Of a stretch of 64,000 nt of DNA, positions 19,547 through 30,825 are shown piece after piece. The notes under the pieces were generated by a model that saw nothing but the letters and a program-made list of their open reading frames with translations, made no database searches and was not told where the DNA came from. Positions within the stretch are counted from its first letter, which is position 1. The number at the start of each line of letters is the position of its first letter. The stretch lies in contig OZ242376.1 in the NCBI GenBank assembly GCA_965209085.1, forward strand, positions 160,001 to 224,000. The letters run 5' to 3'. The translations under genes and the position numbers were made by a program. This stretch comes from Nitrosopumilaceae archaeon (GTDB lineage: Archaea; Thermoproteota; Nitrososphaeria; Nitrososphaerales; Nitrosopumilaceae).

Positions 19547-21634
19547 CTACTTTTTCCAGATGAATTTATTGTATACGGTTTCGGGCATTAGATTTTTGAA
19601 TACGGGGCCGCCACCGTCATACCATTTTGTGAAATATTCGTACAGATGAAGCCTGAGGGACTGTATGTATACGATTAATCCCTCTATCATCATGATTCCA
19701 AGATTACCTCCTATTATCATGGCCATGGCAACGGGTGAGGATATGCCGCCAAGCGATACGAATGCATTGTTTACGGTGAGTAGCAGCGCCGCATGAACAA
19801 GCAGCATGATCCCTATTCGAGCATAGCTTACCGTGTGCGCAAGTGATTCAATTGTTTTTCCAAGCAGTGTTTCAATTATGACACTTGCCGGATCCGCCCC
19901 TTCTTCGGGATGTTTCTTTGCATGTTTTATGCCGCCGATGATCATTATCACTATTGAGGATATTGCCAGCACTATTGCAATTCTTGTTATTATCCAGACC
20001 TGTGCCCAGTCTCCGACCAGTACTGTCACCCACGGCACAGCTTCGGTGTGAACTCTGGAATACATGTTGATAACATCATAGCTTGATCCGATGGCACACA
20101 TCATTATCGCTATAATGCTAAGGTACAGTGTAATGTTTGGAATGTTCTCCAAATATGCGACAAGTTTGCGTCCTGCTTTTAGATTGCGTCTCACACGCAA
20201 AACCATCGCAGCTAACAGGTGCAAAATTCCCAAAAACAATGAAACCTTTAGTATGTTTATGACCTGTTCAAAGTTGAGCTCTGAGACGCTGATTGATCCG
20301 ACAATCCATGAGAATGAATGCAAAGCGCCTCCCTCGTGCAAAAGATCCTCAAACGGAGCTATGTGATCCAGATGAAATCCAAAAACCTCGCCGGTACCTG
20401 TTCCTGCTATGGCTGCGGCAGCTCCGGATATTGCAATCAGCATTCCCCAGCGCGCCATATTGCCCTGTCCTTTTACCTTGAATAGCAGTCCCAATCCCAT
20501 CAAAAGCAGTCCGTGTCCCAAATCGGCGAACATTATTCCGTAAAAGATGGGCCACATGATGGCAATCATCGGGGTCGGGTCAAGCTCGCCTTTTTTGGGG
20601 AATCCCTGGCTGTCGGTTATGGTCTCAAAGGTTCTTACAAATCTTGGATTGTCAAGTAATACGGGCTCTTCTGCATCCTTTGCCGGCTCTTCTGTAATTG
20701 CGGTCCACTTTGAGCAAATTTTCTTAAATTTCTCCTCCATCTTTACCGGTATGTAACCGCGTATTACGGCAAAACGTTTTGTTCCGCCAGGTTTGCGCAG
20801 ATGTTCTAGTACGTCTTTTGCCACAATGCATCTTTCATGCAGGGCAAGAATCTCTCCCCTGTTTTTCTTTGCAAAAGCTGCCGTCTGTTTTGCATTCTCC
20901 GCCTGTCTTTTCTCAAGTATTTTTATCTGCTTGACTGCCAGTGCATGCGCTTTGTTTGGCGCCTGGGGAAATTCAGAAGGAATTAAAATCGCAACAGCGT
21001 TTACACCGCGCATTATCCTGCCGATTTTATCGGCATCTTCTGCGGCTGCAACGACAATTACCGCCGCATGTGTTTTCAAATCAAGATCATACTTGTAAAG
21101 CGTAACGTCAGGCAGCGAGCGTGTTATCTCGCCAAACGATGATTCTTCTATTATGAAAAGATCCGAATAAAGATATTTTGTAGATTTGAAATCGTCAAGA
21201 TTAAAATCAAGTTTTTTTGCCAATACGGTGGTCTCCCTGAGGGCAATATGATTGTCCAAATCGCGCCGGATTGCATCCCCTGCGTCAAGACGTTTTCTGG
21301 CATCGTCTATCAGATTTGCCATGTTTTCTTCAAGATCTTTTATGACCGTCTCAATCTCATCGGTACTGTAGTTTTTCATTTTGATTACGGTTCCCTTGAA
21401 CATGATCTCAAGTATGCCGACTCTGAGGGGAATTCCAAGACCCCCTAGCACATTATCGGCACTCTGATGCAGCTTTTGTGCCCGAAGCAGCAAATCGTCA
21501 ATTTCCGGCGTAACAGTCTCATTATCAGAATCGATCTTGTGAAACCATCCAAATTCCGCTAGCCGAGATATAACTTCCGGAGAGTCAGAACGGGGAAGGA
21601 TAATCGTGCCAAGTTTAAGTTTAGCAACACCCAA
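19547..21634 (-). CDS. atpI: A/V-type ATP synthase subunit I (a)
   Basis: ELDPTP, FYGIMFADLGHG, SYARI, QSLRLHLYEYFTKWY; TTG 21634 probable start. Confidence 0.95.
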   Translation of the reverse strand: MGVAKLKLGTIILPRSDSPEVISRLAEFGWFHKIDSDNETVTPEIDDLLLRAQKLHQSADNVLGGLGIPLRVGILEIMFKGTVIKMKNYSTDEIETVIKDLEENMANLIDDARKRLDAGDAIRRDLDNHIALRETTVLAKKLDFNLDDFKSTKYLYSDLFIIEESSFGEITRSLPDVTLYKYDLDLKTHAAVIVVAAAEDADKIGRIMRGVNAVAILIPSEFPQAPNKAHALAVKQIKILEKRQAENAKQTAAFAKKNRGEILALHERCIVAKDVLEHLRKPGGTKRFAVIRGYIPVKMEEKFKKICSKWTAITEEPAKDAEEPVLLDNPRFVRTFETITDSQGFPKKGELDPTPMIAIMWPIFYGIMFADLGHGLLLMGLGLLFKVKGQGNMARWGMLIAISGAAAAIAGTGTGEVFGFHLDHIAPFEDLLHEGGALHSFSWIVGSISVSELNFEQVINILKVSLFLGILHLLAAMVLRVRRNLKAGRKLVAYLENIPNITLYLSIIAIMMCAIGSSYDVINMYSRVHTEAVPWVTVLVGDWAQVWIITRIAIVLAISSIVIMIIGGIKHAKKHPEEGADPASVIIETLLGKTIESLAHTVSYARIGIMLLVHAALLLTVNNAFVSLGGISSPVAMAMIIGGNLGIMMIEGLIVYIQSLRLHLYEYFTKWYDGGGPVFKNLMPETVYNKFIWKK

Positions 21635-21782
21635 GTTATGACTACGATCTGTGCGTAATATATTATCCTTGTCCAATTTGCCGTTTTTCCCTGTAAAACT
21701 ACAGGTTTCCATAAAACCTTCAATCACGGATCAAATCCGCGTCTAAACATTAAAATTCATTATTACGGGCACGGCGGTCATA

Positions 21783-22370
21783 ATGTCTAAAAATGTGGGA
21801 TTAGATGGTACTATTGATAAAATATTGACAAAAACCGAGAACGGTATTGTCTCAGAACTGGACACGATTCTACAGGATGCAAAATCCTCGCTACAAAGCT
21901 CTAAAACTTTGATGGAATCCGAATATGATGCCATTATAGACCACGGCAAAAAAGAGGCCGAAAAGATCGAAAAACAAATCATTGGAAGCTCCAATTTGGA
22001 AGCTAGAAACAAACAGATCATGCTTGTAGAGGATGCAATATCGTCAGTATTTGAACAAGCATTGGACAAACTGCGCTCTTCAAAAACCGATCCTACTCTT
22101 TTAAAATCGCTTATAAAACAGGCTACGGATACGTTGGGAACAACAAAGGTTACAATTTCTGCAAATTCAAATGATGCCGACTCTGTAAAATCAGCTCTTT
22201 CAGATTTTACCGGATCACAACTTGATTCAAAACCAATAGAATGTCTTGGAGGAATAATCGCGCAATCATCTGACGGTAACATGACATTTGATAATACGTT
22301 AGATGCCCGTCTTGATCGGTTGAAGCCTTTAATAAGGAAGCATGTGGCATTAAAATTCGGACTAGAATAA
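21783..22370 (+). CDS. atpE: A/V-type ATP synthase subunit E
   Basis: Coiled coil plus LGGII...FDNTLDARL; operon position. Confidence 0.93.
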   Translation: MSKNVGLDGTIDKILTKTENGIVSELDTILQDAKSSLQSSKTLMESEYDAIIDHGKKEAEKIEKQIIGSSNLEARNKQIMLVEDAISSVFEQALDKLRSSKTDPTLLKSLIKQATDTLGTTKVTISANSNDADSVKSALSDFTGSQLDSKPIECLGGIIAQSSDGNMTFDNTLDARLDRLKPLIRKHVALKFGLE

Positions 22371-22371
22371 T

Positions 22372-24150
22372 ATGGTAGCAAAAGGTAGCATAGTTTGGAT
22401 TAGTGGACCTGCGGTTAGAGCTAACGGTATGTCAGAAGCTAAAATGTATGAAACAGTAAGCGTGGGCAATGCAAAACTCATCGGTGAAATCATACGGCTG
22501 ACCGGCGATGTGGCATTTATCCAGGTATACGAGTCAACCAGCGGTCTAAAACCTGGAGAACCGGTGATTGGAACGGGCAATCCGCTCAGTGTCATGCTAG
22601 GACCTGGAATCATAGGTCAGATATATGATGGAATACAAAGACCGCTCAAAGAGCTCTCAAAAAAATCCGGCTCTTATATCGGCAAAGGAATTACAACCAG
22701 TCCAATTGACATGTCAAAAAAATACCACTTTGTCCCAAGCGTCAAAGTAGGAGATACGGTTGAACCCGGTTCTGTTATCGGAGTTGTAAAAGAAACCGAT
22801 CTTATTGATCACAGCATCATGATTCCGCCGAATAATTCTGGTGGAAAAATTACGGAAATTATTTCAGAAGGTGACTATAATTTGGAGACGGATATGGCTT
22901 TTGTGGAAAAAGATGGCAACAAAGTTGTCGTAAAAATGTACCACAAATGGCCTGTAAGACATCCGCGTCCCTACAAAAACAGGCACGAGCCTACCATTCC
23001 ACTGCTTACGGGTCAGCGAGTTATAGACACATTTTTCCCAATTGCCAAAGGCGGAACAGGATCGATACCTGGCGCATTTGGGACGGGCAAAACCGTCACA
23101 CTGCACCAGATTGCAAAATGGGCCGACTCACAGGTGGTGGTATACATTGGATGTGGAGAACGCGGCAACGAGATGACAGAAGTGCTGGTGGAATTCCCAC
23201 ACCTCAAAGATCCCCGCACTGGCAAACCTCTGATGGACAGAACCATACTGGTTGCAAATACCAGCAACATGCCAGTAGCTGCCAGAGAAGCCAGTATTTA
23301 CACTGGAGTTACAATTGCAGAATATTATCGCGACATGGGCAAAGACGTGGTATTGGTTGCTGATTCTACCAGCAGATGGGCTGAAGCGCTCAGAGAGATG
23401 AGCGGCAGACTTGAAGAAATGCCTGCAGAAGAGGGATACCCTTCCTATCTTGCATCCCGTTTGGCAGAATTTTATGAAAGAGCGGGCCGGGTGCGCGCAC
23501 TGGGCAGTCCTGACAGGGATGGTTCTGTAACATTGGTGGGTGCTGTCTCACCGTCGGGAGGGGACTTTACCGAACCGGTTACAACACATACGATGAGATT
23601 CATAAAGACATTTTGGGCGCTTGATGCAAAGCTTGCATATTCTCGACACTATCCATCGATAAACTGGATGAACAGCTATTCTGGATATTTGGCTGATATT
23701 GCAAAATGGTGGAATGAAAACATTGACAAAAACTGGCTTGAAACAAGAAACGAGGCGTATAGCATTCTGCAAAGAGAAGATACTCTAAAAGAAATAGTCA
23801 GACTGCTTGGTCCAGAAGCCCTTCCTGACGAGGAAAAACTGATACTCGAGGTGGCCCGCATGACAAAGATCGGACTGTTGCAGCAAAATTCATTTGATGA
23901 TGTTGACACTTACTGCAGTCCTGAAAAACAATACAAACTGCTAAAACTTTTAGTGGAATTTTATAGACGCGGTCAGCAGGCGCTAAAAGACGGCGTGGAA
24001 CTTGATCTGATCAAAAAATTGGACGTCATACCGGTACTGCTTAAAGCCAGAATGGAGATCAAAGACGACGAGATATCCAAACTTGTGGATATTGAAAAAT
24101 CAATGGACGAGCAGTTCAAAAACATAAGCGGAGCAAAGGTTAAAAATTGA
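22372..24150 (+). CDS. atpA: A/V-type ATP synthase subunit A
   Basis: [27 protein letters not shown]; no intein. Confidence 0.98.
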   Translation: MVAKGSIVWISGPAVRANGMSEAKMYETVSVGNAKLIGEIIRLTGDVAFIQVYESTSGLKPGEPVIGTGNPLSVMLGPGIIGQIYDGIQRPLKELSKKSGSYIGKGITTSPIDMSKKYHFVPSVKVGDTVEPGSVIGVVKETDLIDHSIMIPPNNSGGKITEIISEGDYNLETDMAFVEKDGNKVVVKMYHKWPVRHPRPYKNRHEPTIPLLTGQRVIDTFFPIAKGGTGSIPGAFGTGKTVTLHQIAKWADSQVVVYIGCGERGNEMTEVLVEFPHLKDPRTGKPLMDRTILVANTSNMPVAAREASIYTGVTIAEYYRDMGKDVVLVADSTSRWAEALREMSGRLEEMPAEEGYPSYLASRLAEFYERAGRVRALGSPDRDGSVTLVGAVSPSGGDFTEPVTTHTMRFIKTFWALDAKLAYSRHYPSINWMNSYSGYLADIAKWWNENIDKNWLETRNEAYSILQREDTLKEIVRLLGPEALPDEEKLILEVARMTKIGLLQQNSFDDVDTYCSPEKQYKLLKLLVEFYRRGQQALKDGVELDLIKKLDVIPVLLKARMEIKDDEISKLVDIEKSMDEQFKNISGAKVKN

Positions 24151-25529
24151 GCGCCGGCGGAATAAAGTACAGCAATGTCGTAGAGATTAAAGGTCCTCTG
24201 ATCATAGTGGACGGAGTCGAAAGTGCAGCTTTTGATGAGCTAGTTGAAATTGAGACCACCGACGGCGAACACAGACTGGGCAAAGTACTTGAGATAGGCA
24301 ACGGCAAGGCAATAGTTCAGGTATTTGAGGGAACTACAGGTCTTTCCATAGCGGGAACCAGTGCAAAATTCGTGGGCAAAGTCATGGAGATGCCGGTTTC
24401 AAAAGAGATACTCGGCCGCGTTTTTGACGGTCTTGGACGTCCAAAAGACGGTCTGCCAGAACCAATTGCGGACAAATTTATCGATATAAACGGGGAAACA
24501 ATGAATCCAGAACAGCGTGAATATCCAAAAGACTTTATCCAAACCGGCATCTCAGTCATCGATGGAATGATGACGCTGGTTCGCGGACAAAAACTTCCCA
24601 TATTTTCCGGCTCTGGCATGTCGCATAACATACTGGCAGCACAAATTGCACGTCAGGCCAGTGTGGCGGGAACCAATGAGGATTTTGCCGTCGTGTTTGC
24701 CGCAATCGGAGTGCAGTACAGTGAATCCGAATATTTTAGAAAAAGTTTGGAGGAATCAGGTGCGCTAAAAAGAAGCGTTTTGTTTCTAAACCTTGCAGAC
24801 GATCCGGCAATAGAGAGAATAATCACCCCGCGCGTGGCACTTACCGTTGCAGAATATCTTGCATTTGAGCTTGGAATGCACGTACTGGTAATTTTAACAG
24901 ACATGACAAATTATGCAGAGGCATTAAGGGAGATTAGCGCAGCAAGAGAAGAGGTTCCTGGACGCAAAGGATATCCTGGATACCTGTATACGGATCTTTC
25001 AACCATATACGAGAGAGCCGGCAGGCTTGTTGGTAAAAAAGGCAGCGTTACGCAGGTTCCGATACTTACAATGCCCTCCGATGACATTACGCATCCCATA
25101 CCGGATCTTACAGGATACATTACAGAGGGGCAGATTGTACTTGGCCGTGACCTGTTCAGACAGGGAGTATATCCTCCGGTTAACATACTGATGAGTCTGA
25201 GCAGACTGATGAAAGACGGCATAGGGGAGGGGAGCACCCGTGCTGACCACCAGGAAATCTCAAACCAAAATTATGATTCATACTCCCGCGCACAAGAAGT
25301 GCGCGCACTGGCCGGCATTGTCGGCAAAGCCGGCCTCACCGACATTGATCTAAAATACATGGCTGCGGGGGATTTATTTGAGAAAAAATTCCTTACCCAG
25401 GCCCTTGATGAAAACCGCACCATAGAGGAAACACTTGGAATTTTATGGGATACGGCATCAAAACTTCCGCGCTCTGAGCTTACCAAAATAAAAGACAAAC
25501 ATATTGACAAATTTTTCAAGGGTGATTGA
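24147..25529 (+). CDS. atpB: A/V-type ATP synthase subunit B
   Basis: [45 protein letters not shown]. Confidence 0.98.
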   Translation: MSAGGIKYSNVVEIKGPLIIVDGVESAAFDELVEIETTDGEHRLGKVLEIGNGKAIVQVFEGTTGLSIAGTSAKFVGKVMEMPVSKEILGRVFDGLGRPKDGLPEPIADKFIDINGETMNPEQREYPKDFIQTGISVIDGMMTLVRGQKLPIFSGSGMSHNILAAQIARQASVAGTNEDFAVVFAAIGVQYSESEYFRKSLEESGALKRSVLFLNLADDPAIERIITPRVALTVAEYLAFELGMHVLVILTDMTNYAEALREISAAREEVPGRKGYPGYLYTDLSTIYERAGRLVGKKGSVTQVPILTMPSDDITHPIPDLTGYITEGQIVLGRDLFRQGVYPPVNILMSLSRLMKDGIGEGSTRADHQEISNQNYDSYSRAQEVRALAGIVGKAGLTDIDLKYMAAGDLFEKKFLTQALDENRTIEETLGILWDTASKLPRSELTKIKDKHIDKFFKGD

Positions 25530-25532
25530 TAC

Positions 25533-26165
25533 GTGTCTTTTGGTCAAAACGTTGCAACTACAAAAATTGAACTGTTAAAATATAAACGCTCAAAACAAAT
25601 TGCCGCCATGGTTCAACAAATTCTTGACGACAAACGCAAGATATTGCTTAAAAATATAGAAGAGATGATGATCGAAGCTGACAAAGCCCGCGGAGGCATA
25701 TGGGATCCGTTACAGGATATTTATAAATCAGTAAAAGAGGCATATCTTGCCTTGGGGATTAATACTGTGGATACTGTGGCCCAGTCGACTCCGGCGGTGA
25801 TAAACATGGAAATAACTACAAGGCGCATCGTGGATGTAAAAATACCCACTATGACAGTTATCGAAAAAGATACAAAGAGCATCCCTTATGGTTTTGGAGA
25901 TACAAACTCGTCAATAGACATAGCCGCCAAACAGATCAAAACCTTGTTGCCCCACATATGCAAGGCAGCAGAGTATGAAAATTCCATATTTAGACTCGCA
26001 AAAGCGTTAGAAAAGACACAAAAACTGCTAAATGCCCTTGAAAATGTGATAATTCCGCAGTATCAGCAGAGAATAAAATTCATTTTGGGTACCCTTGAAG
26101 AGCGTGAACGCGAAGAATTCGCAAAGTTAAAAAAAGTAAAGGCAGCCATGGAGAAACGAAAGTAA
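25533..26165 (+). CDS. atpD: A/V-type ATP synthase subunit D
   Basis: NALENVIIP...LEEREREEFAKLK. Confidence 0.96.
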   Translation: MSFGQNVATTKIELLKYKRSKQIAAMVQQILDDKRKILLKNIEEMMIEADKARGGIWDPLQDIYKSVKEAYLALGINTVDTVAQSTPAVINMEITTRRIVDVKIPTMTVIEKDTKSIPYGFGDTNSSIDIAAKQIKTLLPHICKAAEYENSIFRLAKALEKTQKLLNALENVIIPQYQQRIKFILGTLEEREREEFAKLKKVKAAMEKRK

Positions 26166-26299
26166 TGGCAAAAGAAGAAATTGAAAAAATGTTGAATGAT
26201 TCCTCGGCAATCATAGATAAAGCTCACACCGAATTCCTAAAATCAGTTAAAGCTAGTCTGCAAAAATACAAATCCGAGACGCTTGCAAAGACCAACTAG
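26165..26299 (+). CDS. 44-aa helical protein within the ATP synthase operon (possible minimal subunit H/G); not in the ORF track
   Basis: MAKEEIEKMLNDSSAIIDKAHTEFLKSVKASLQKYKSETLAKTN; ATG overlaps the atpD stop (TAATG). Confidence 0.75.
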   Translation: MAKEEIEKMLNDSSAIIDKAHTEFLKSVKASLQKYKSETLAKTN

Positions 26300-26336
26300 A
26301 CTTTAAGCTTTAAATAAGGAATATTCGACACACAAT

Positions 26337-26648
26337 TTGAATATGCGAAAAACAGTTTTGGTATTTATTACAGCCGCAATACTTGCTAGCTTTACACTTA
26401 TTGGAACAGCATATGCGCACGAGACATCAAATCCCTCAGACGGCTACAAATTCCTGAGTGCGGGTTTGGCTTTTGGTTTGGCAGCTTTGGGTGCTAGCAT
26501 TGGTTTGGGATACGTGGGATCCGCCGGTCTTGCAGTCATTAGTGAAAATCCTGCACTCCAGTCAAGGGTATTCATATTCATTGGAATGGTTGAATCCATA
26601 GCCATATACGGCATCGTCATGATGTTTATCCTGCTAGGACAATCATAG
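26337..26648 (+). CDS. atpK: A-type ATP synthase proteolipid subunit K (c), single hairpin with signal-like N-terminus
   Basis: AGLAFGLAALGASIGLG...ISENP...FIGMVESIAIYG. Confidence 0.95.
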   Translation: MNMRKTVLVFITAAILASFTLIGTAYAHETSNPSDGYKFLSAGLAFGLAALGASIGLGYVGSAGLAVISENPALQSRVFIFIGMVESIAIYGIVMMFILLGQS

Positions 26649-26739
26649 GCACTTTTTACTCTTTTTGATCGTATTATACACCCCTGATTGTACCTTGTCG
26701 CATAAACGCTAAATATGAAATTATATAGCATAAAACATC

Positions 26740-27495
26740 ATGTTTCCACTGCGCGATGAAAATCCACACCCTCCGGGTTTTAAACCAAAACTTACCATTG
26801 CACTTATTATAATAAACGTCATGGTATTTTTTTACGAGGCAATCTATACGGGACAGCTTTTGGAATTTACAAACGGCGCTGCAGCAAGACTCTTTTACGA
26901 ATGGGGCGCTGTTCCATCCTGTCTTGTATACGGAGCACTTCCTTCACAGTTCCCATTTAACTGTCCGCCCGCGCCACAAATCTCGCTTGTAACTTCGATA
27001 TTTTTACACGGAGGTCTGATGCATCTTGGAGGAAACATGCTGTTTTTGTGGATATTCGGCGACAACATTGAACACAAGTTTGGCCGCAATAAATTTTTCA
27101 TCATATACATGGCATGGGGAATTGTAGCGGGTCTGGCACACGTGGCAGTGGATCCTGCAAGCACAATTCCGGCAGTGGGAGCTTCTGGCGCGATATCAGG
27201 AGTGCTTGGAGCATACCTTGCATTATTTCCCCGTGCAAAAATACACACATTTTTGATGCTTGGATTCATTTGGAGAATGATACGCATAGAGGCAAGATGG
27301 TATCTGCCTTTTTGGTTTGTGTTTCAAAACATTCTGCCGTTTGTTATAGGCGGATTTGGAACCGCCGGAGGAGGCGTGGCGTTTATGGCACATATCGGAG
27401 GTTTTGCCGCCGGATATGCGGTGGGATTTGCGTACAAGAAAATGCATGCTCAGAATTCCACATACGGCACACGATACGGCTGGCGCGGCGATTAG
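26740..27495 (+). CDS. Rhomboid intramembrane serine protease
   Basis: FLHGGLMHLGGNM, GASGA, AHIGG. Confidence 0.96.
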   Translation: MFPLRDENPHPPGFKPKLTIALIIINVMVFFYEAIYTGQLLEFTNGAAARLFYEWGAVPSCLVYGALPSQFPFNCPPAPQISLVTSIFLHGGLMHLGGNMLFLWIFGDNIEHKFGRNKFFIIYMAWGIVAGLAHVAVDPASTIPAVGASGAISGVLGAYLALFPRAKIHTFLMLGFIWRMIRIEARWYLPFWFVFQNILPFVIGGFGTAGGGVAFMAHIGGFAAGYAVGFAYKKMHAQNSTYGTRYGWRGD

Positions 27496-27526
27496 GGTTA
27501 AATTCCAGGAAAGGTTTGGAGAATGC

Positions 27527-27703
27527 ATGCCGTTGATCAAGGTATCAATGTATCCGGGCAGAAGCGAAAAACAAAAGAAAGATTTTGCAGAATCTGTTAC
27601 AAACTCTGCCGTGGAAATATTGGGAACAAAAAAAGAACACGTTATAGTGGTTTTTGAAGAAAATCCCTCAGAGAACTGGTTTTTAGCCGGAACCCGGCTC
27701 TGA
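27527..27703 (+). CDS. 4-oxalocrotonate tautomerase family protein
   Basis: MPLIKVSMYPGRSEKQK with N-terminal catalytic Pro; start moved to 27527. Confidence 0.92.
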   Translation: MPLIKVSMYPGRSEKQKKDFAESVTNSAVEILGTKKEHVIVVFEENPSENWFLAGTRL

Positions 27704-27737
27704 TTATCTTTTTATTTTTGTATGTGCAGGCACATTT

Positions 27738-28550
27738 GTGTCCAAAGTAGCGGTCGTACAGTTTCAGGCATCGACTGATAAAAGCGGGAATCTTAAACGC
27801 ATTGTCCGGTATGTAAAACAGGCATCCGGACGCGGTGCTGACCTGGTGGCATTTCCGGAATTTATGATGTTTTACTCGCAAAGCTCGCAGACTGCTGTCG
27901 AGCTTGCCTCAAAAGCTGAGAGCACCGGAGGAAATTTCCTTGCCACCATTGCAAAAGCTGCGCGCGATAATTCGATAGAAGTTGCAGGATCGTTTTATGA
28001 AAAAGTTCCCGGCAGAAAAAACCGCGTATATGATACCGCGTTTTTACTTTCAAAAACTGGTGCCATGACGTCAAAATACCGCAAGGTGCATTTGTATGAT
28101 GCTTTGGGTTTTCGCGAATCTGCAAAGCTTGCCGCAGGATCATCCATGACAAAACCTGTCAAATCCGCACTGGGAAAGATGGGAATGATGGTGTGCTATG
28201 ATTTACGGTTTCCAGAGATGGCGCGTTCCATAGCTTCTGCTGGCTGCCAGATAATTATTGCCCCGTCCGCATGGGTAAAAGGAAAATCAAAAGAAGAGCA
28301 CTGGATTACATTAAACCGTGCAAGAGCAATAGAGAACGGCTGTTACGTAATCTCGCCGGATCATGTGGGGAATATTTACTGTGGCAGAAGTCTTGTAGTG
28401 GATCCTTTTGGAAAAATTTTATTGGACATGAAAAAACGTCAGGGAATCGGCATGGCTGAAATATCGCTAAATCTGGTAAAAGAAACGCGAAAAGTCATGC
28501 CGCTTTTAAAAAACAGAAGAACCGATCTGTATCCGGATATGCGCCTCTAA
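27738..28550 (+). CDS. Carbon-nitrogen hydrolase (Nit1/nitrilase family)
   Basis: FPE, YRKVHLYD, CYDLRFPE catalytic triad. Confidence 0.95.
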   Translation: MSKVAVVQFQASTDKSGNLKRIVRYVKQASGRGADLVAFPEFMMFYSQSSQTAVELASKAESTGGNFLATIAKAARDNSIEVAGSFYEKVPGRKNRVYDTAFLLSKTGAMTSKYRKVHLYDALGFRESAKLAAGSSMTKPVKSALGKMGMMVCYDLRFPEMARSIASAGCQIIIAPSAWVKGKSKEEHWITLNRARAIENGCYVISPDHVGNIYCGRSLVVDPFGKILLDMKKRQGIGMAEISLNLVKETRKVMPLLKNRRTDLYPDMRL

Positions 28551-28981
28551 TCTGCCCTGGTGGGGCAGTTTTGATTGGGACACTGCCTGCTCCATTTTTG
28601 TTTTCTTGAATACCGGAAAATGATGATGGGCCAGCCGCATTCACTGCATGCCTGTTTGAGTGCGCGCAGACGCGCCCGCTGTAGCAGGGGAGCCGTTGCC
28701 GAACATCCTCCTGAATAATTTGTGCATCCAAGAAACCTTTTCCGGGTTTTTGGCGAACGGACGACTAGTATGTGGCCAAATTTGCATTCCGGACATTGAA
28801 CAAGGCAGCCTTTTGGCGAGCTCGTACCCAATATTACATATTTTTTTTTGGCAATGGACCATGAAAGATATCCGTTTGAATCATAGCATTGCTCAATCTC
28901 TTCCCTGAATGCAAGTATTCTTGCCCGAGTTACCCTTATCGAGTGGCGCTGGACTAGTACTGTTTTTTGTTTGTGTACCAT
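28547..28981 (-). CDS. Stand-alone topoisomerase C4 zinc-ribbon protein
   Basis: CPEC...RFLGCTNYSGGC...CSECG...CPNQNC; start moved to ATG 28981. Confidence 0.85.
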   Translation of the reverse strand: MVHKQKTVLVQRHSIRVTRARILAFREEIEQCYDSNGYLSWSIAKKKYVILGTSSPKGCLVQCPECKFGHILVVRSPKTRKRFLGCTNYSGGCSATAPLLQRARLRALKQACSECGWPIIIFRYSRKQKWSRQCPNQNCPTRAD

Positions 28982-29042
28982 ACATTTGTGTACACGATAC
29001 GCCAATAAAACGATTTTATATGGATGTGAAATATTTTCATTT

Positions 29043-30197
29043 GTGGAAAACGTCTGCGTACTGGGAGCTGGCAGCACAAAATACGGCAAATTACAAGAAA
29101 GTCTTTCTGATATAACGGTGCAGGCATCAGTTGCCGCAATAAAGAGCGCGGGAATAGATCCAAAAGAAATTGGAGCCGGATACATTTCAAACGTTTTTGG
29201 CATAGCCGACAAACAGGTTCACCTAGGTCCTGTAATTATGAGCAATCTTGGAATTCCGGAAAAACCGTCCCTCACGATAGAATCCGCATGCGGCAGTGGT
29301 TCAGTATCGTTTAGAGAGGCGTTTGCAAACGTGGCTGCGGGATTTTACGACGCCGTACTGGTCACCGGCACGGAAAAAGTCACGCACACGGGCACGGAAT
29401 GGACCACGACATATTTTTCATATTGTTCTGATTTCTTTTATGAAGGACAAGCGGGAGCCTCGTTTCCGGGACTGTTTGCCTCCATGGCTAGGGCATACCT
29501 TGATGAATTTGACGCGACAGAGGAGGACTTTGCCCACGTGGCAGTTAAAAACCACGAGAACGGAATATTAAACCCAAAGGCACATCTGCAGAAAAAAATT
29601 ACCATCGATGACGTTTTACAATCCGCCGTTGTTGCAAGTCCGTTAAAATTATACGATTGCTGCCCATTCTCTGACGGTGCAAGCTCAGTCATACTGTGCA
29701 ACGAAAAATTTGCCAAAGAACACGGAGGAGATTATGTGCAGGTTATAGGTTCAGGACGCGGCGGCTCTCCGGCGGCATTGCAGGGGCGCGAACACATGAC
29801 CACCATACCAAGTACAAAATCCGCTGCAGAAGCGGCATACAAAATGGCGGGCATTACTCCAAAGGATGTTGATTTTGCCGAAGTGCATGACTGCTTTACC
29901 GTTGCAGAGGTTGTGGATACAGAAGATTTGGGATTTTTCGACAAAGGCACTGGAGCTAAAGCTGCAAGAGAAGGATTAACCCGCCTTAACAGCGAGATTT
30001 CAATAAACCCGTCAGGCGGATTAAAGTCAAAAGGTCATCCAATAGGTGCCACCGGCGTAGGCCAGATTGTGGAAGTTTATGATCAGCTGACCGGCGCTGC
30101 AGGTAGACGCACGGTAAACGATGCCAAAATAGGATTGACACATAACTTTGGCGCCACCGGAGCCAGCTGCGCTGTGCATATATTCAAGAGTGTGTAA
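29043..30197 (+). CDS. Archaeal thiolase (acetyl-CoA C-acetyltransferase)
   Basis: ESACGSG, SDGAS, AEVHDCF, NPSGGLKSKGHPIGATG; GTG 29043. Confidence 0.95.
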   Translation: MENVCVLGAGSTKYGKLQESLSDITVQASVAAIKSAGIDPKEIGAGYISNVFGIADKQVHLGPVIMSNLGIPEKPSLTIESACGSGSVSFREAFANVAAGFYDAVLVTGTEKVTHTGTEWTTTYFSYCSDFFYEGQAGASFPGLFASMARAYLDEFDATEEDFAHVAVKNHENGILNPKAHLQKKITIDDVLQSAVVASPLKLYDCCPFSDGASSVILCNEKFAKEHGGDYVQVIGSGRGGSPAALQGREHMTTIPSTKSAAEAAYKMAGITPKDVDFAEVHDCFTVAEVVDTEDLGFFDKGTGAKAAREGLTRLNSEISINPSGGLKSKGHPIGATGVGQIVEVYDQLTGAAGRRTVNDAKIGLTHNFGATGASCAVHIFKSV

Positions 30198-30200
30198 AAA

Positions 30201-30566
30201 ATGGCAAACAAGGAAAAATTTATCAATGCTGCCAAATCCGGCAAAATCCTGATTGAAAAATGCGTAAAATGCGGCTACTGCCATTTGGCCACAGTCTATT
30301 TTTGCCAAAAATGCGGCGGTTCTGATTTTACCGACGAGATACTAGATGGTTCAGGCAAAGTGGTAACATATACGATAATCACGGTGCCTCCGGACGGCTT
30401 TGAAAAACATGTTCCATATGCATGGGTGGTTTTAAAATTGGACGGATCAGATCTGCGCGTTTCAGGTTTTATGGCCGACATAAAGGCCCCATCTGATCTG
30501 CCAATCGGCACTGAATCCCGGATAACAGGATTTGACGATCGGGGCATCATAATCGAGCAAAAATAG
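30201..30566 (+). CDS. DUF35 Zn-ribbon/OB-fold protein (thiolase partner)
   Basis: KCVKCG...FCQKCG, GKVVTYT, PYA; directly after the thiolase. Confidence 0.92.
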   Translation: MANKEKFINAAKSGKILIEKCVKCGYCHLATVYFCQKCGGSDFTDEILDGSGKVVTYTIITVPPDGFEKHVPYAWVVLKLDGSDLRVSGFMADIKAPSDLPIGTESRITGFDDRGIIIEQK

Positions 30567-30622
30567 GCATTTTCTGCCAAACATGGGGAAATTTTAATAT
30601 CATGATCGATTTTACACACTGT

Positions 30623-30784
30623 ATGTCTGTAGATATAACATGTGGCAAATGTGGGAAAAAAATAACCACATTGAAAATGATAAAACCCATAAAAGATGTC
30701 ATGGCAGCATATGATGGCAAATGTCCGTTCTGCAAACAAAAACTTTCCACATCGGAATTTTCTCTTGACAGGGTTGAAAACTGA
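30623..30784 (+). CDS. Small zinc-finger protein (53 aa)
   Basis: CGKCG...KCPFC. Confidence 0.8.
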   Translation: MSVDITCGKCGKKITTLKMIKPIKDVMAAYDGKCPFCKQKLSTSEFSLDRVEN

Positions 30785-30825
30785 TCGTCAAAAGTTTTAT
30801 TTAGTGTACGACTAGTAGAAACACT

